Origin: an uncultured virus (IMG/VR IMGVR_UViG_3300043443_000309)
Taxonomy: Duplodnaviria > Heunggongvirae > Uroviricota > Caudoviricetes
IMG/VR virus record: IMGVR_UViG_3300043443_000309
Length of the DNA stretch: 64,000 bases
Direction: 5' to 3' (one strand)
Every line of letters starts with the position of its first letter. Position 1 is the stretch's first letter. The translations under genes were made by a program, and so were the position numbers. Under the pieces are notes generated by a model. It was given only the letters and a program-made list of their open reading frames with translations, made no database searches and was not told the origin of the DNA. Positions 24,272-34,867 of this stretch are shown one piece after another.

Positions 24272-26314
24272 ATGACTTCTGAGCTATTACTAGAAGGCGG
24301 TGTCGCCGGTCACATGAGCCATTTGTATGATAACTATGGTCTAAAGTTTTCACAGATCAAAGATGTTTTCATCAAAGCTGCTAACGGTGAGTTGGAAGGC
24401 ACAGAGAAAACTGACGGTCAAAACTTATTCATTTCTTATGACGTAAATACCAATAAAGCCAAAGGTGCGCGTAACAAAGGAAATGTCAAAGATGGTGGTC
24501 TCGATGCTGCTGGTCTAGCTCAGAAGTTTGGGGGGCGTGGAGCTTTGGAGTTTACTTTCTCCGAGGCTCTTTCTGCTTTTGAAGAAGCAGTCAGCTTGTT
24601 CTCTAAAGAAGAGCAAATTGAAATCTTTGGTCCTGATACGAACATTTATTACAATTGCGAAATTCAAGATCCAAGAACTGCTAACGTTATCAATTACGAC
24701 ATCAAAACTTTGTCAATTCATCGTCTTGGAGGAGCAGAATTTGATCGTACAACCGGTGACAGAACAGATCGCGATGTCTCAGATAACGCAGCTAAATTAG
24801 AGAAAGCACTTGAGAAGGTGCAGGCTAGCAAGAAGTCAGAGTATGGCGTCGCATTTGACGCTATAAGGCGTTTGAAAGCTTTGGACGATAAGAGCGTCCT
24901 TGATAACGCCCTAACGCGCCTAGAGGCTGTTATCGACCAAGCAGGAGTTTCAGATAACGAGACTATAGGCGATTACATTGTCTCTCGTTTGGATGTTACA
25001 ATCTCAAAGAGAATGCCTAATGTTTCTGGCGAGAAGAAAGCTCTTTTAATCAAGAGAATGCTCGGTGTCAAAGGAGTGTCAATCAAGCAGATTATTGATG
25101 GTCTCGACAAGGATGCCGCGCAAGAAGCTAAAAGCTTTATTGGGCAAGCCCCCGTTATTCTTTCTGCTCTTATCCGACCAATTGAAGAAGTAGTACATGA
25201 CTTCTCTGTTGAAATGCTAAAGACTTTGGAATCAGCATTTGTTCTCGACAATAAGAAGGAAGTCGAAAGACTTCGTAGAGAAGTCGCTATTGCAATTGCT
25301 GCTATTGAAGGATCTGATAGCGATGAGGCTATGGAGATCCTAAAGAAACAAATGGAAAAGCTGAAGTCTGTTGAAAACATCAGCACAGCAGCAGAAGGCT
25401 TTGTATTTTCATACGATGGTCATAGCTATAAGTTCACTGGTAACTTTGCTCCAATGAACCAACTATTGGGTCTATTCAAGTATGGTAGAGGAAATGTCCC
25501 ACCATTGCAGAAACTCGATGAAGTAATCGAGATAGTGTCAGAAGAAGAATTGTCAACACAAACAGTTGGTATTTTTGCTGGGTCATTCAAACCTCCACAT
25601 AAAGGTCACATGGCTGTTGTAGAGTATCTAGCTGAGAAGCTTGATAAAGTATTAGTGTTTATTTCTGATCCGAAGAGTGCTGCTTCAATTAGAATGAAGC
25701 TTAGTGCTTCACAGGCTGCTGAGATTTTCAATACTTACATTGCAGCCGCTGGGCTATCAGATAAAGCACTTGCTATCGCTTCTGATCTTCCAAGTCCTTT
25801 GACAGCAGCTTTTACATACGCTGAAAAAGAAACTTTCAACCCGAAGGCTAAAATCTATTTTGCTGTTTCTTCTAAGGATTCGAATAGATTTCAAAACCTA
25901 AATTCATCTGCTTTCATTGAGAGAAATCCTTCCATCTCTTCAGTGGATGCTATTATTATACCAGCTATCACTGGTCCTCAAGGTGAAATTTCTGCAAAGC
26001 AGTTGAGAGCTATTATTTCTGATAGTACTCTTTCTAAAGAAGAAAAACAAGATCAACTAGCAGTTTATCTACCGTCTTATCTATCAGATAGTGATAGACA
26101 AATGATTTATAACATTATCTTGCCAAGTGACATTGCTGAGAATTTAGAAGAAACTCTAGAAAGTGTATTAGCTGAGATTATGAGTGAAACTTCAGAGGTC
26201 GAAGATGAAGAAACACTTGAAGAAATGTCTATGGGTGCTGGATCGGTAGGTGGTTATTCTGGAGTGATCTCTACTAAATCAAAACCTATAAAATCACTAC
26301 CAAAAAAGAAATAA
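24272..26314 (+). CDS. ligase-like (KxDG) domain fused to HxGH nucleotidyltransferase
   Basis: GHMSH, EKTDG, EGFV...YKFTG; FAGSFKPPHKGH...ISAKQLR. Confidence 0.75.
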   Translation: MTSELLLEGGVAGHMSHLYDNYGLKFSQIKDVFIKAANGELEGTEKTDGQNLFISYDVNTNKAKGARNKGNVKDGGLDAAGLAQKFGGRGALEFTFSEALSAFEEAVSLFSKEEQIEIFGPDTNIYYNCEIQDPRTANVINYDIKTLSIHRLGGAEFDRTTGDRTDRDVSDNAAKLEKALEKVQASKKSEYGVAFDAIRRLKALDDKSVLDNALTRLEAVIDQAGVSDNETIGDYIVSRLDVTISKRMPNVSGEKKALLIKRMLGVKGVSIKQIIDGLDKDAAQEAKSFIGQAPVILSALIRPIEEVVHDFSVEMLKTLESAFVLDNKKEVERLRREVAIAIAAIEGSDSDEAMEILKKQMEKLKSVENISTAAEGFVFSYDGHSYKFTGNFAPMNQLLGLFKYGRGNVPPLQKLDEVIEIVSEEELSTQTVGIFAGSFKPPHKGHMAVVEYLAEKLDKVLVFISDPKSAASIRMKLSASQAAEIFNTYIAAAGLSDKALAIASDLPSPLTAAFTYAEKETFNPKAKIYFAVSSKDSNRFQNLNSSAFIERNPSISSVDAIIIPAITGPQGEISAKQLRAIISDSTLSKEEKQDQLAVYLPSYLSDSDRQMIYNIILPSDIAENLEETLESVLAEIMSETSEVEDEETLEEMSMGAGSVGGYSGVISTKSKPIKSLPKKK

Positions 26315-26354
26315 CATAAAACTATTTATTTAGTTATTAATAAGGGATCACTAC

Positions 26355-27170
26355 ATGCTTAGCAGAGAAGAACTAATTGAAGAGCAATTGCTTAGAAAAG
26401 CAATCAGAGGATTTCTTAAGAAGAAAATCACTGAAGGCTTACATTCTAATAATAAGGAAATTCGTATCCTTGGTCAAGTGCTAAAGACAAAATCTTTACA
26501 AACTGAAGCCAAGACAGGTTCGTCTTCACCCGACGCTCCACTCGACATTACCGCTATGAACTTCCTTCGCGACCTACTCAGGAACATTGTACCTGTAATT
26601 CAAGCTGCTTACAAAGCCTTGACAACTGATGTAAAGCAAAGAGAATCATACAAAGCTCACATTCTTGCTGCCGTTGAAGACATTCTTGATTCCGAATCCG
26701 CTAATCCCGGTGAAAGGGAAGTATCAGCTTCTGAACCAGAAGGAGAATTGGAAGAAGAACTCAACATTGACATTGGTGATGACGATCCACCACCAGAAGG
26801 ATTTATTGAGATTGAACCCGAAGAAGAACCCGAAGAAGAACCTGAACTATCACCAGAAGAAGAATTCTCTCAAAATCTTGGTTTGTCTGATAAAGGCTTA
26901 GATACAACAGGCCGTCAGCAAGCAATGGAAACAATGAACTCTGTCTCTAAGCAGATTGCCGACATGTTTAGAAAGATCGATCCAGATAGCCGAGTAGCTA
27001 CCGATAAGGTACCAGAGCTATCACAAGCTTATCCAGAACTTGTCAAGGATAATGGTGTATCAGAGCGTTCAGTATTCAAGGTCTACCTTATCAAGAACTT
27101 GATCCTTTACTTCGACCGTTTTGAATCTGAATTGAATGCCAACCCACAAGTTCCACAAGTGAAGATCTGA
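26355..27170 (+). CDS. acidic hypothetical (putative head/scaffold-associated) protein
   Basis: ACTATTTAT at 26321; E/P-rich middle. Confidence 0.75.
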   Translation: MLSREELIEEQLLRKAIRGFLKKKITEGLHSNNKEIRILGQVLKTKSLQTEAKTGSSSPDAPLDITAMNFLRDLLRNIVPVIQAAYKALTTDVKQRESYKAHILAAVEDILDSESANPGEREVSASEPEGELEEELNIDIGDDDPPPEGFIEIEPEEEPEEEPELSPEEEFSQNLGLSDKGLDTTGRQQAMETMNSVSKQIADMFRKIDPDSRVATDKVPELSQAYPELVKDNGVSERSVFKVYLIKNLILYFDRFESELNANPQVPQVKI

Positions 27171-27523
27171 TGCGTTGGAAGAGAGAAAGAGTTTATAAAG
27201 GAAAATACAAGAACTACTCTATCTCTTCCAAGCTTCGCAAAGAAGGCAAGTCTAACGACGAGTTTGAGACAATGCTTTCTAATCTTGCACTTGAAGACAT
27301 TGTAGCCTTGAAGCTAGAGATCTCTGCTAGACCGATAAGCAATCGCGTCTATGGTGTTCCTATTTGGACTGCTCTGCCTGACATGATAAAGGAGGCGGTA
27401 TTCAAGTTTGCGTACTCAGCTTCTAGAACTCAAGGCGAAGCAATGAATTTTCTCGGCCTCCCAGAGATAAGATTTTATGAATTCAAAAATCGATTTGGGA
27501 TTGAAAGATTTTTTGAGAAATAA
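27170..27523 (+). CDS. hypothetical protein, possible C-terminal HTH
   Basis: TQGEAMNFLGL resembles a Fis-type HTH. Confidence 0.7.
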   Translation: MRWKRERVYKGKYKNYSISSKLRKEGKSNDEFETMLSNLALEDIVALKLEISARPISNRVYGVPIWTALPDMIKEAVFKFAYSASRTQGEAMNFLGLPEIRFYEFKNRFGIERFFEK

Positions 27524-27583
27524 CTGTTCTGGTCTTGACGGTATTGACAGTGTGTATAAGCTGTAAGTAACAGGAGGTTACTT

Positions 27584-28003
27584 ATGTACGCAACATTGAC
27601 AAGACCAGATAAGACTGGTTATTTTTATGACTTAGGGCCGCTCGATAGCCTATTCGAAGGTCTATTTACAGACGATGCTTTTGGTAGGAAGAAAGATAGC
27701 ATGGATAGAATTTACTCCACTGAAAAGAAGAATGAAGACGGTTCGGTTTCTGTTACTGTAAGTACGCCGGGAGCGGATCGTGAAAATCTTGATGTATCAT
27801 TTGAGAAAGGAATTGTAACCATAGCGTTCAATAAACCAGAAGGTTCATACGCTGTGATTGATTCCTTCGTTCGTCGTTGGCGTGTGCCACCTGAACTGGA
27901 TTCAGATAACATCACAGCAACCTATGCTAATGGATTGCTTTCGTTGATTATTCCGCCAAGAAGTAGATCCGATAACACGGTTCGGAAAATCACTGTGAAC
28001 TAA
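27584..28003 (+). CDS. small heat-shock protein (Hsp20)
   Basis: PG..RENLDVS, SFVRRWRVP, ITATYANGLLSLIIP; AGGAGG RBS. Confidence 0.9.
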   Translation: MYATLTRPDKTGYFYDLGPLDSLFEGLFTDDAFGRKKDSMDRIYSTEKKNEDGSVSVTVSTPGADRENLDVSFEKGIVTIAFNKPEGSYAVIDSFVRRWRVPPELDSDNITATYANGLLSLIIPPRSRSDNTVRKITVN

Positions 28004-28007
28004 TTTT

Positions 28008-28037
28008 GAGGAGGCTTCGGCCTCCTCTTTTTCTTTC
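28008..28037 (+). terminator. intrinsic terminator
   Basis: GAGGAGGC-TTCG-GCCTCCTC-TTTTT. Confidence 0.9.
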
Positions 28038-28057
28038 AAGGGCTAGTTATTATTGTA

Positions 28058-28249
28058 ATGACCAATGCAATCTCAAAATTTCGTAGTATACTAAAACATT
28101 ACTTTGGCTTTGTTTTAGGAATTATTTTTGGCTCTACTATTGCAACGGTCGTAACCTATGTTATACTATCATTAGGCTTGATTGAGAAGTTGGCTGTCGA
28201 AGAGCCAAGCAGACTCGCTATTTGCCTAATGGATGAAATAAATGAATGA
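28058..28249 (+). CDS. small membrane protein
   Basis: hydrophobic stretch; GCTAGTTAT at 28042. Confidence 0.6.
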   Translation: MTNAISKFRSILKHYFGFVLGIIFGSTIATVVTYVILSLGLIEKLAVEEPSRLAICLMDEINE

Positions 28250-28670
28250 AGCTACAATAATGGTATCTGGCGGTTTTGATCCGCTACACATTGGACATCT
28301 TAGGATGATCAAGGAAGCCGCAAAGGTCGGCAGAGTTATCGTTGTTGCCAATTCAGACGCTTGGTTGCTTCGCAAAAAAGGTTACATCTTTATGCCTTGG
28401 GAAGAGCGTAAAGAAATAATCGAGGGCTATTCGGAAGTCGATAGGGTCGAAGCTGTCGATGATTCGGATGGCTCTGTTTGCGAAGCATTGCGCCGTATAA
28501 GGCCAACATACTTTGCTAACGGCGGCGATAGAACAAACAAGAACACACCAGAAATGGCAGTGTGTGATGAACTCGGAATTACGATGCTTTGGGAAGTAGG
28601 TGGCGGCAAGATCCAAAGTAGTTCTGAAATGGTTGCAAATGCTAACGCCGCTAAAAAGGAAACAAGATGA
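28242..28670 (+). CDS. cytidylyltransferase-like (HIGH) protein, RfaE-II/TagD type
   Basis: SGGFDPLHIGH, NSDAWL, ANGGDR, SSS. Confidence 0.85.
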   Translation: MNEATIMVSGGFDPLHIGHLRMIKEAAKVGRVIVVANSDAWLLRKKGYIFMPWEERKEIIEGYSEVDRVEAVDDSDGSVCEALRRIRPTYFANGGDRTNKNTPEMAVCDELGITMLWEVGGGKIQSSSEMVANANAAKKETR

Positions 28671-28951
28671 GTTACGGTATGCCAACAAGAACCACGATGG
28701 TTCGTGGTGGAATTCCCTGCCACCCAGCAGAAAGAGGACACTATAATTACTGGTATCCTATCAAAAACATCACCTGTGTCATTACAAGGGATGCAATAGT
28801 CGATTCGTTACCATGGTTCGATCCTTCGAATAGAAACCTCACAGCGATAAAAGTAAAAACTACTTATGTTGACGGTTGTGATGAACGGATAAACCGAAAT
28901 AATGAAACAACTGTTGTTTGGGTTGATAAAGCCCAAATCCTTAAGTGGTAA
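28667..28951 (+). CDS. hypothetical protein
   Basis: ATGA-coupled ORF. Confidence 0.65.
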   Translation: MSYGMPTRTTMVRGGIPCHPAERGHYNYWYPIKNITCVITRDAIVDSLPWFDPSNRNLTAIKVKTTYVDGCDERINRNNETTVVWVDKAQILKW

Positions 28952-28963
28952 AGGTAAAATAAA

Positions 28964-30346
28964 ATGGCTAAGAAGACCTACGTTCTAGACACAAGTGCTT
29001 GTCTAACAGATTCGGAGAGTATCCAAAAGTATGGTAATAATGACATCGTTCTACCAATCAAGGTATTGGAAGAAATTGATAAGCACAAGAAGAGACAAGA
29101 TAGTGTCGGAATCAATGCAAGATCAATTATTCGCTCTTTAGATTCCATGCGTGAGAAAGGCGATCTCGATAAAGGCGTTCGCCTCGGAAAAGGCAAAGGA
29201 CTTCTACAAGTCGTTAGTCTTCATAAGGATGATGTATTCTGGACAGAAACATTTCCCTCCGAACTGGACAAGGAAGTCCCAGATCATCTGATTATTGCTA
29301 CTGCACTCCAGCTAGCAAAAGAAGATCCAAAGAAGAAAGTTGTTCTTGTTTCTAATGACATCAACATGCGAGTTATTGGTAACTCCGTAGGTCTAACCAC
29401 CGAAGATTATACCAACGACAAGATCATTGAAAATCAAAGTGATCTTTATTCTGGATTGGCCGAAATTCTAGTGGACGATCAGTTTATTGATTTGTTCTAC
29501 TCTGGTGAGAAAATGTATTTGGAAGATGAACAACAAGACGTTCTTTTTCCTAACCAATACTTGATGCTCATTTCTTCTTCAAATGATAAGAAGACAGCCA
29601 TTGCTCGTTTTGTGGGTAAGGATTATCCACTGAAGAAGGTCGTTGAACCAAAAAATCCAATCTCTGGTATCAAGGCTAAGAATAAAGAACAACTTTTTGC
29701 TCTTGATCTCCTCATGGATCCAAGCATCAAGGTAGTCTCGCTCGTCGGTAAAGCAGGCTCTGGAAAGACCCTGATAGCCATTGCAGCGGGTTTACAACAA
29801 GTTATTACGTCGATGTCCGTCACAGAGCTAGCGCACGCCAGAAAGCCCGTTACGCTCAATAATGGCATCTACAAGAAGCTCGTTGTTTCTCGTCCAGTTA
29901 TGCCGATGGGTAAGGACATTGGGTTCTTACCCGGTACAATGCAAGAGAAAATGGCTCCTTGGTTAGCACCAGTTCAAGACAACCTAAAGTTTCTTACTGG
30001 CGACGACCAAACAACTCTTGACCAATACATTGCAAATGGTCTTATTGAGATGGAAGCTTTGACATACATTCGTGGTCGCTCAATTTCTAATGCATTTATC
30101 ATTATTGATGAAGCACAGAACTTGACAAGCCATGAAATCAAGACTATACTTACTAGAGTAGGTGAGAACACTAAGATTGTTCTAACTGGCGACGTTGAGC
30201 AGATCGATAACATTTACATAAATGAAACTTCGTCTGGTCTAACTCACGCAGTTGAAAAATTGAAAGAGTTCTCAATTGCTGGCCACGTTACACTTCGCAA
30301 GGGCGAACGTTCTGACGTAGCTACAATGGCTGCTAAAGTACTATAA
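28964..30346 (+). CDS. phoH: PIN-PhoH protein
   Basis: N-terminal VLDTS PIN domain; GKAGSGKT, GFLPG, IRGRS, DEAQN, GDVEQID. Confidence 0.9.
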   Translation: MAKKTYVLDTSACLTDSESIQKYGNNDIVLPIKVLEEIDKHKKRQDSVGINARSIIRSLDSMREKGDLDKGVRLGKGKGLLQVVSLHKDDVFWTETFPSELDKEVPDHLIIATALQLAKEDPKKKVVLVSNDINMRVIGNSVGLTTEDYTNDKIIENQSDLYSGLAEILVDDQFIDLFYSGEKMYLEDEQQDVLFPNQYLMLISSSNDKKTAIARFVGKDYPLKKVVEPKNPISGIKAKNKEQLFALDLLMDPSIKVVSLVGKAGSGKTLIAIAAGLQQVITSMSVTELAHARKPVTLNNGIYKKLVVSRPVMPMGKDIGFLPGTMQEKMAPWLAPVQDNLKFLTGDDQTTLDQYIANGLIEMEALTYIRGRSISNAFIIIDEAQNLTSHEIKTILTRVGENTKIVLTGDVEQIDNIYINETSSGLTHAVEKLKEFSIAGHVTLRKGERSDVATMAAKVL

Positions 30347-30355
30347 GGAAATAAA

Positions 30356-30649
30356 ATGTCAAACGAAGAAGAAAATCCAATTTTGAAGTCTGCTGTTGCA
30401 CCCGAGACACCACTACAAAAGATGATTGTAGAGTATGTCGGCAACAAGCTAAATCCAGAAAACCGTGAAGTAACAGTTGAAATGATTGTTGAAGTCATGG
30501 CAGAAGAGTTTCCACATTTTGTGTTAGCTCTTGCAGAAGAAAACTGGATCCGTGGCTATCGTCAAGCTTTGGACGATGTTGAGCGTGAAGTTCAAACAGC
30601 AGAGCAAGCAACCGAAGGTTCAACCCAAGCTCCTTCGGAGGAAGCGTGA
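30356..30649 (+). CDS. hypothetical protein
   Basis: AAGGA RBS; AEENWIRGY. Confidence 0.7.
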   Translation: MSNEEENPILKSAVAPETPLQKMIVEYVGNKLNPENREVTVEMIVEVMAEEFPHFVLALAEENWIRGYRQALDDVEREVQTAEQATEGSTQAPSEEA

Positions 30650-31416
30650 GACCGCACATTTCATTCTCTGAGTTCAAGCTTTGGTCTGAATGTGCGTTTC
30701 ACCACAAACTAAAATACATTGATAATTTAGAGGGGTTCACTGGATCCCTCTATACTATTTTTGGTACTGCTATCCATAGCGTGTGTGAGAATAGCGTAGA
30801 CCAAACTGAAGGCTTTGAACCAGAACAACATTTCTTGCAAGTCTTTGAGGACGGCAAGAAAAAGCTTTTGTCGGAAGGCATTTCAATCAATGAGCAAGAA
30901 TACGAAGCAATGATCCCACAAGCAAAAGGGATTATTTCGTCGTACCTCCCAGCACTACAAAAGAAGTTTCCGGGATTTGAAGTAGTAGTAACTGAAGAAG
31001 ATTTATTCGAAGACATCGAAGGCTCCGAAGTCAAATTCAAGGGCTTTATCGATTTTATTATCAAAACTCCTGACGGCAAGTACCACATTATCGATTGGAA
31101 AACCTGTTCGTGGGGTTGGGATGCACAGAAGAAGTCGGATAAGATTATCTCTTATCAGTTGACTTTCTATAAGCATTTCTGGGCTAAGAAACATAATGTA
31201 GATCCAAAGAACATTGAGACTTACTTTGGATTACTGAAGAGAACAGCGAAGAAAGACAATGTTGAAATTTTCCGAGTTACAAGCGGAGAAAAAAAGATCA
31301 ATAACGCCTTGACAGCGTTACGAAATGCGATTATAAACATAGAAAGACAAAAGTTTTATAAGAACAAGACTTCATGTAAGTTCTGTCCCTTCTATAAAAC
31401 TGAACATTGTAAATGA
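30646..31416 (+). CDS. PD-(D/E)XK (RecB/Cas4-like) nuclease
   Basis: HISFS..C, FGTAIH, GFID...IIDWKT, QL.FY, CKFCPF...C. Confidence 0.85.
   Translation: MRPHISFSEFKLWSECAFHHKLKYIDNLEGFTGSLYTIFGTAIHSVCENSVDQTEGFEPEQHFLQVFEDGKKKLLSEGISINEQEYEAMIPQAKGIISSYLPALQKKFPGFEVVVTEEDLFEDIEGSEVKFKGFIDFIIKTPDGKYHIIDWKTCSWGWDAQKKSDKIISYQLTFYKHFWAKKHNVDPKNIETYFGLLKRTAKKDNVEIFRVTSGEKKINNALTALRNAIINIERQKFYKNKTSCKFCPFYKTEHCK
31309..31337 (+). promoter_or_regulatory. sigma70-type promoter for the glycosylation cluster
   Basis: TTGACA-N17-TATAAA. Confidence 0.55.
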
Positions 31417-31423
31417 GGAATAA

Positions 31424-32692
31424 ATGACTGAAAGAAAGAAGAAGGTCTTCGTTATCGCAGACCATCCTTATGCTCCGTCTGGAGTAGGTACTCAAACAAA
31501 GTACGTTATCGAGACTTTACTACAGACTGGTAAGTATCAAGTTGTCTGTTTCGGCGGTGCGGTAAAGCACGCCGATTATAACCCACAAAGAACCAAAGAG
31601 TGGGGAGAAGATCTCATCATCTTTCCAGTAGATGGTTATGGTACACAAGAAGCGGTTCGCTCACTTATCTGGACGCAAAAGCCAGATGTATTATGGTTTA
31701 TGACTGATCCTCGTTTCTACGTTTGGCTTTGGGACATGGAAAATGAAATCCGTTCTGTAGTACCTATGGTTTACTACCACGTTTGGGATAACTTCCCGTT
31801 ACCAAAATTCAACAGGAACTTCTATCTTTCTAACGACATGATTGTAACGATCTCTAAGGTAACTGATGAGATTGTAAGAAACGTAACCCCCGAAATCGAA
31901 ACAAGATACCTCCCTCATGCTGTCGATACTGAAATCTTCAAGCCTTTGGATGAAAGTGCTGTCGATGCAGTTCGTGAAAGACACTTTGGTAAGGACCATA
32001 AAGGTAAGACGATTTTCTTCTGGAACAATCGAAATGCCCGTCGCAAGATGTCAGGTTCTTTGATCTGGTGGTTCAAGCAATTTGCGGACAAGGTTGGTCG
32101 AGATAGCGTAAAGCTTTTGCTTCATACAGATCCTAAAGATCCAAACGGACAAGACCTTGATGCTATTATCCATGAGCTTGGTCTGACCGATGGAACTGTC
32201 ATGCTTTCCAGAGATAAGATCCCACCACAAGATCTAGCAGTAATGTACAATGCAGTAGACTGCACAATCAACATTTCTGATGCCGAGGGCTTTGGCCTAG
32301 CGACCCTAGAATCACTTTCTTGTGGAACTCCTATCCTCGTAAACATGACAGGTGGCTTACAAGAACAGGTCAAGGACGAAGAAGGAAACTACTTCGGATA
32401 CGGTATCGAACCAGCTTCTAGAGCCGTTATTGGCTCGCAGGAAGTTCCATACATCTATGAAGACAGAGTATCTGAAGAAGAATTTGTACACGCTCTGATA
32501 ATGGTTCACACAATGGGCAGAGAAAACAGAAAGAAACTCGGACTTGAAGGCCGTCAGCATGTTCTGAAGAATTACAACTTTGAAACATTCAAAAAAGACT
32601 GGCTTGAAGTATTCGAACATGTTATAGAAAAGCATGGTTCTTGGGATACTAGGAAGAACTACCAAACTTGGGAATTGAGAGAAATAGCATGA
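31424..32692 (+). CDS. GT-B/GT4 glycosyltransferase
   Basis: AEGFGLATLESLSCGTP (EX7E). Confidence 0.9.
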   Translation: MTERKKKVFVIADHPYAPSGVGTQTKYVIETLLQTGKYQVVCFGGAVKHADYNPQRTKEWGEDLIIFPVDGYGTQEAVRSLIWTQKPDVLWFMTDPRFYVWLWDMENEIRSVVPMVYYHVWDNFPLPKFNRNFYLSNDMIVTISKVTDEIVRNVTPEIETRYLPHAVDTEIFKPLDESAVDAVRERHFGKDHKGKTIFFWNNRNARRKMSGSLIWWFKQFADKVGRDSVKLLLHTDPKDPNGQDLDAIIHELGLTDGTVMLSRDKIPPQDLAVMYNAVDCTINISDAEGFGLATLESLSCGTPILVNMTGGLQEQVKDEEGNYFGYGIEPASRAVIGSQEVPYIYEDRVSEEEFVHALIMVHTMGRENRKKLGLEGRQHVLKNYNFETFKKDWLEVFEHVIEKHGSWDTRKNYQTWELREIA

Positions 32693-33912
32693 GAAAGAAA
32701 GTATTAGTCCGTGGACCTGCTTTATCACAAAGCGGATACGGTGAACACGCACGAATGATCCTCCGCGCCCTTCGTCAAAGAGAGGAATTGTTCGATGTAT
32801 ACATCCTACCAACAGGATGGGGGCATACCGGCTGGATTTCAGATAACACCGACTTCCGTGCTTGGATGGACAGCCGAATGGCTGCAACGCAAAAAGCAAT
32901 GCACGAGAAACAACAATTCGAAGTCTCAATTCAGATCTCAATTCCAAACGAATTCGAAAGACTAGCACCAGTGAACATTGGTGTAACTGCTGGAGTTGAA
33001 ACAACTAAGGTATCTCCACAATGGCTTCAAAAATGTAACGAAATGAACAAGATTATTGTTCCTTCCACATTTGCTAAGTGGGGATTTGAAAATACAACCT
33101 ACCAAGGCCAAGACCAACACGGCAATCCAGCAACTCTAAAGCTTCAAATCCCAATCGAAGTAATCCCCTATCCCGTTCGCGACGATGTAGAAGTTCTACC
33201 AGAGTTCCCAGCGTTGGGCCTTGGCGAAGACGACTTTGCTTATCTCATGGTCGGTCAGTGGGGACCAAGAAAGAACATGGACAATGCTATTCGTTGGTGG
33301 CTAGAAGAAAATTGGGAGCAAGATGTTACTCTTATTGTCAAGACAAGTCATAGACGTAATAACATCATGGATCGCGAATTCACAGAGAACCGTCTGAAGT
33401 CATTGCTGAATTCTGTTAGCCTAGACAAAGCAAAACGCAAATGCTCTCTGAGGCTTCTACACGGCGACATGAGCGAGGCAGAAATCAAGACACTCTATCA
33501 CCACCCTGCTATCAAGTGCATGGTCACAGCCACCCACGGAGAGGGTTTTGGACTACCTCTGTTTGAGTTCGCACAAACCGGAAAGCTTATCGTAGCTCCC
33601 GGCTGGTCTGCACACTTAGACTTCTTGACTTATCCAAACGAGAAGGGTGAATCAACCAACGGGTTCCTAGATGTCAACTATACAGTGGGCCAAGTTCAAC
33701 AGGAAGCTGTCTGGAATGGAGTTGTTCAAGCGGATTCAGCTTGGTGCTTCCCAGAAGAGGCTTCTTATAAGCAAAGAATTCGTCAAGCAAGAACAAAGCA
33801 CAAGAAGTGGGAGCCAAAAGCGAAGCTGGTTGCTGAAGAAATCGAGAAACAGTTTACTGTACAAAAGGTGTTTTCTTTGTTAGAAGATGCTATAATAAAT
33901 GCGACCTTCTAG
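32689..33912 (+). CDS. GT-B/GT4 glycosyltransferase
   Basis: SGYG, RKN, GEGFGLPLFE. Confidence 0.88.
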   Translation: MRKKVLVRGPALSQSGYGEHARMILRALRQREELFDVYILPTGWGHTGWISDNTDFRAWMDSRMAATQKAMHEKQQFEVSIQISIPNEFERLAPVNIGVTAGVETTKVSPQWLQKCNEMNKIIVPSTFAKWGFENTTYQGQDQHGNPATLKLQIPIEVIPYPVRDDVEVLPEFPALGLGEDDFAYLMVGQWGPRKNMDNAIRWWLEENWEQDVTLIVKTSHRRNNIMDREFTENRLKSLLNSVSLDKAKRKCSLRLLHGDMSEAEIKTLYHHPAIKCMVTATHGEGFGLPLFEFAQTGKLIVAPGWSAHLDFLTYPNEKGESTNGFLDVNYTVGQVQQEAVWNGVVQADSAWCFPEEASYKQRIRQARTKHKKWEPKAKLVAEEIEKQFTVQKVFSLLEDAIINATF

Positions 33913-33927
33913 GACTAGGACTGCTAC

Positions 33928-34866
33928 ATGAAAATACTTCTGATTGGGACACCACGCCAACCGACATTGAACATTGGTTCCAATGGTCTAGGAAGACATA
34001 CCTATGAGTTAATCGACCAGCTTGTAAAACAAAAAGATGTTTCGGTTACTACTATGCTACATCCCCATTCTAAGCTAGAATGGGGTAACGTCCCTGTACT
34101 CCATTTTCATAACGAACAAGCACAACTTGGTGAGATAAGAAGTCACATACTTGAACAGAAATACAATGTAGTGCTAGATTTTACTCATTGGCATCTACTC
34201 AATAGAGAGTATAAAGATGAAAATTTACCTATTATTAACTACATTTTGGATGAGGAGTGTCCATACGAACCTCCGAATACTATAGTAGGAAACCAGTGGC
34301 AGAAAAATAGGTACAAGTCTAGTAGAATTATTCAAACTGGAATAGACATCAACAAGTATACTTTCATAAAAGATAAACAAAATTATTTGAGCTTCTGTGG
34401 TAAGATAGAATACAGGAAAGGTTACGACATAGCCTATTTGATAGGAAAGAAAAGTAATAACACAGTAAGATTTGCTGGCCCAGACAATGATGGTCGAGCT
34501 TTAGACCTAGATAATTGGATTGGAGAGATAAGAGAGCACAAAGAATTTTGTGATTTTGTGGGAAATTCTAAATGCTTGCTTTATCCTAGTCGTAGCGATG
34601 CTGGGGGAATAGCTATTTGGGAAGCCATGGCGCTAGGAACTCCAACGATAACAACCAATCGCTGTGGCGCACAATTCCATGTAAAGGATAGAGTAACTGG
34701 TTATGTTGTTGCGACGATAGCCGAAGCGGTAGAAGCTGTAAATAATCTAGAACTATTAAAGACGGATCTAATAAGAGAAACATGTGCGGAAGAGTGGGAT
34801 TTGAACAAAAACTTTAGGAATTTCTATACTCAAATTCAAAACTTTGTTGATGGTGAAAGGTGGTAA
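33928..34866 (+). CDS. GT4 glycosyltransferase
   Basis: GKIEYRKG, DAGGIAIWEAMALGTP. Confidence 0.85.
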   Translation: MKILLIGTPRQPTLNIGSNGLGRHTYELIDQLVKQKDVSVTTMLHPHSKLEWGNVPVLHFHNEQAQLGEIRSHILEQKYNVVLDFTHWHLLNREYKDENLPIINYILDEECPYEPPNTIVGNQWQKNRYKSSRIIQTGIDINKYTFIKDKQNYLSFCGKIEYRKGYDIAYLIGKKSNNTVRFAGPDNDGRALDLDNWIGEIREHKEFCDFVGNSKCLLYPSRSDAGGIAIWEAMALGTPTITTNRCGAQFHVKDRVTGYVVATIAEAVEAVNNLELLKTDLIRETCAEEWDLNKNFRNFYTQIQNFVDGERW

Positions 34867-34867
34867 A

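Noticed and set aside
27535..27562. sigma70 promoter upstream of Hsp20
   Set aside because: Two TTGAC are present but 9 bp apart, and the best -10 (TAAGCT, 16-bp spacer) is weak; not called.
30646..31416. Cas4 as evidence of a CRISPR-Cas system
   Set aside because: Standalone PD-(D/E)XK nucleases are common in phages; no array or other cas genes are present.
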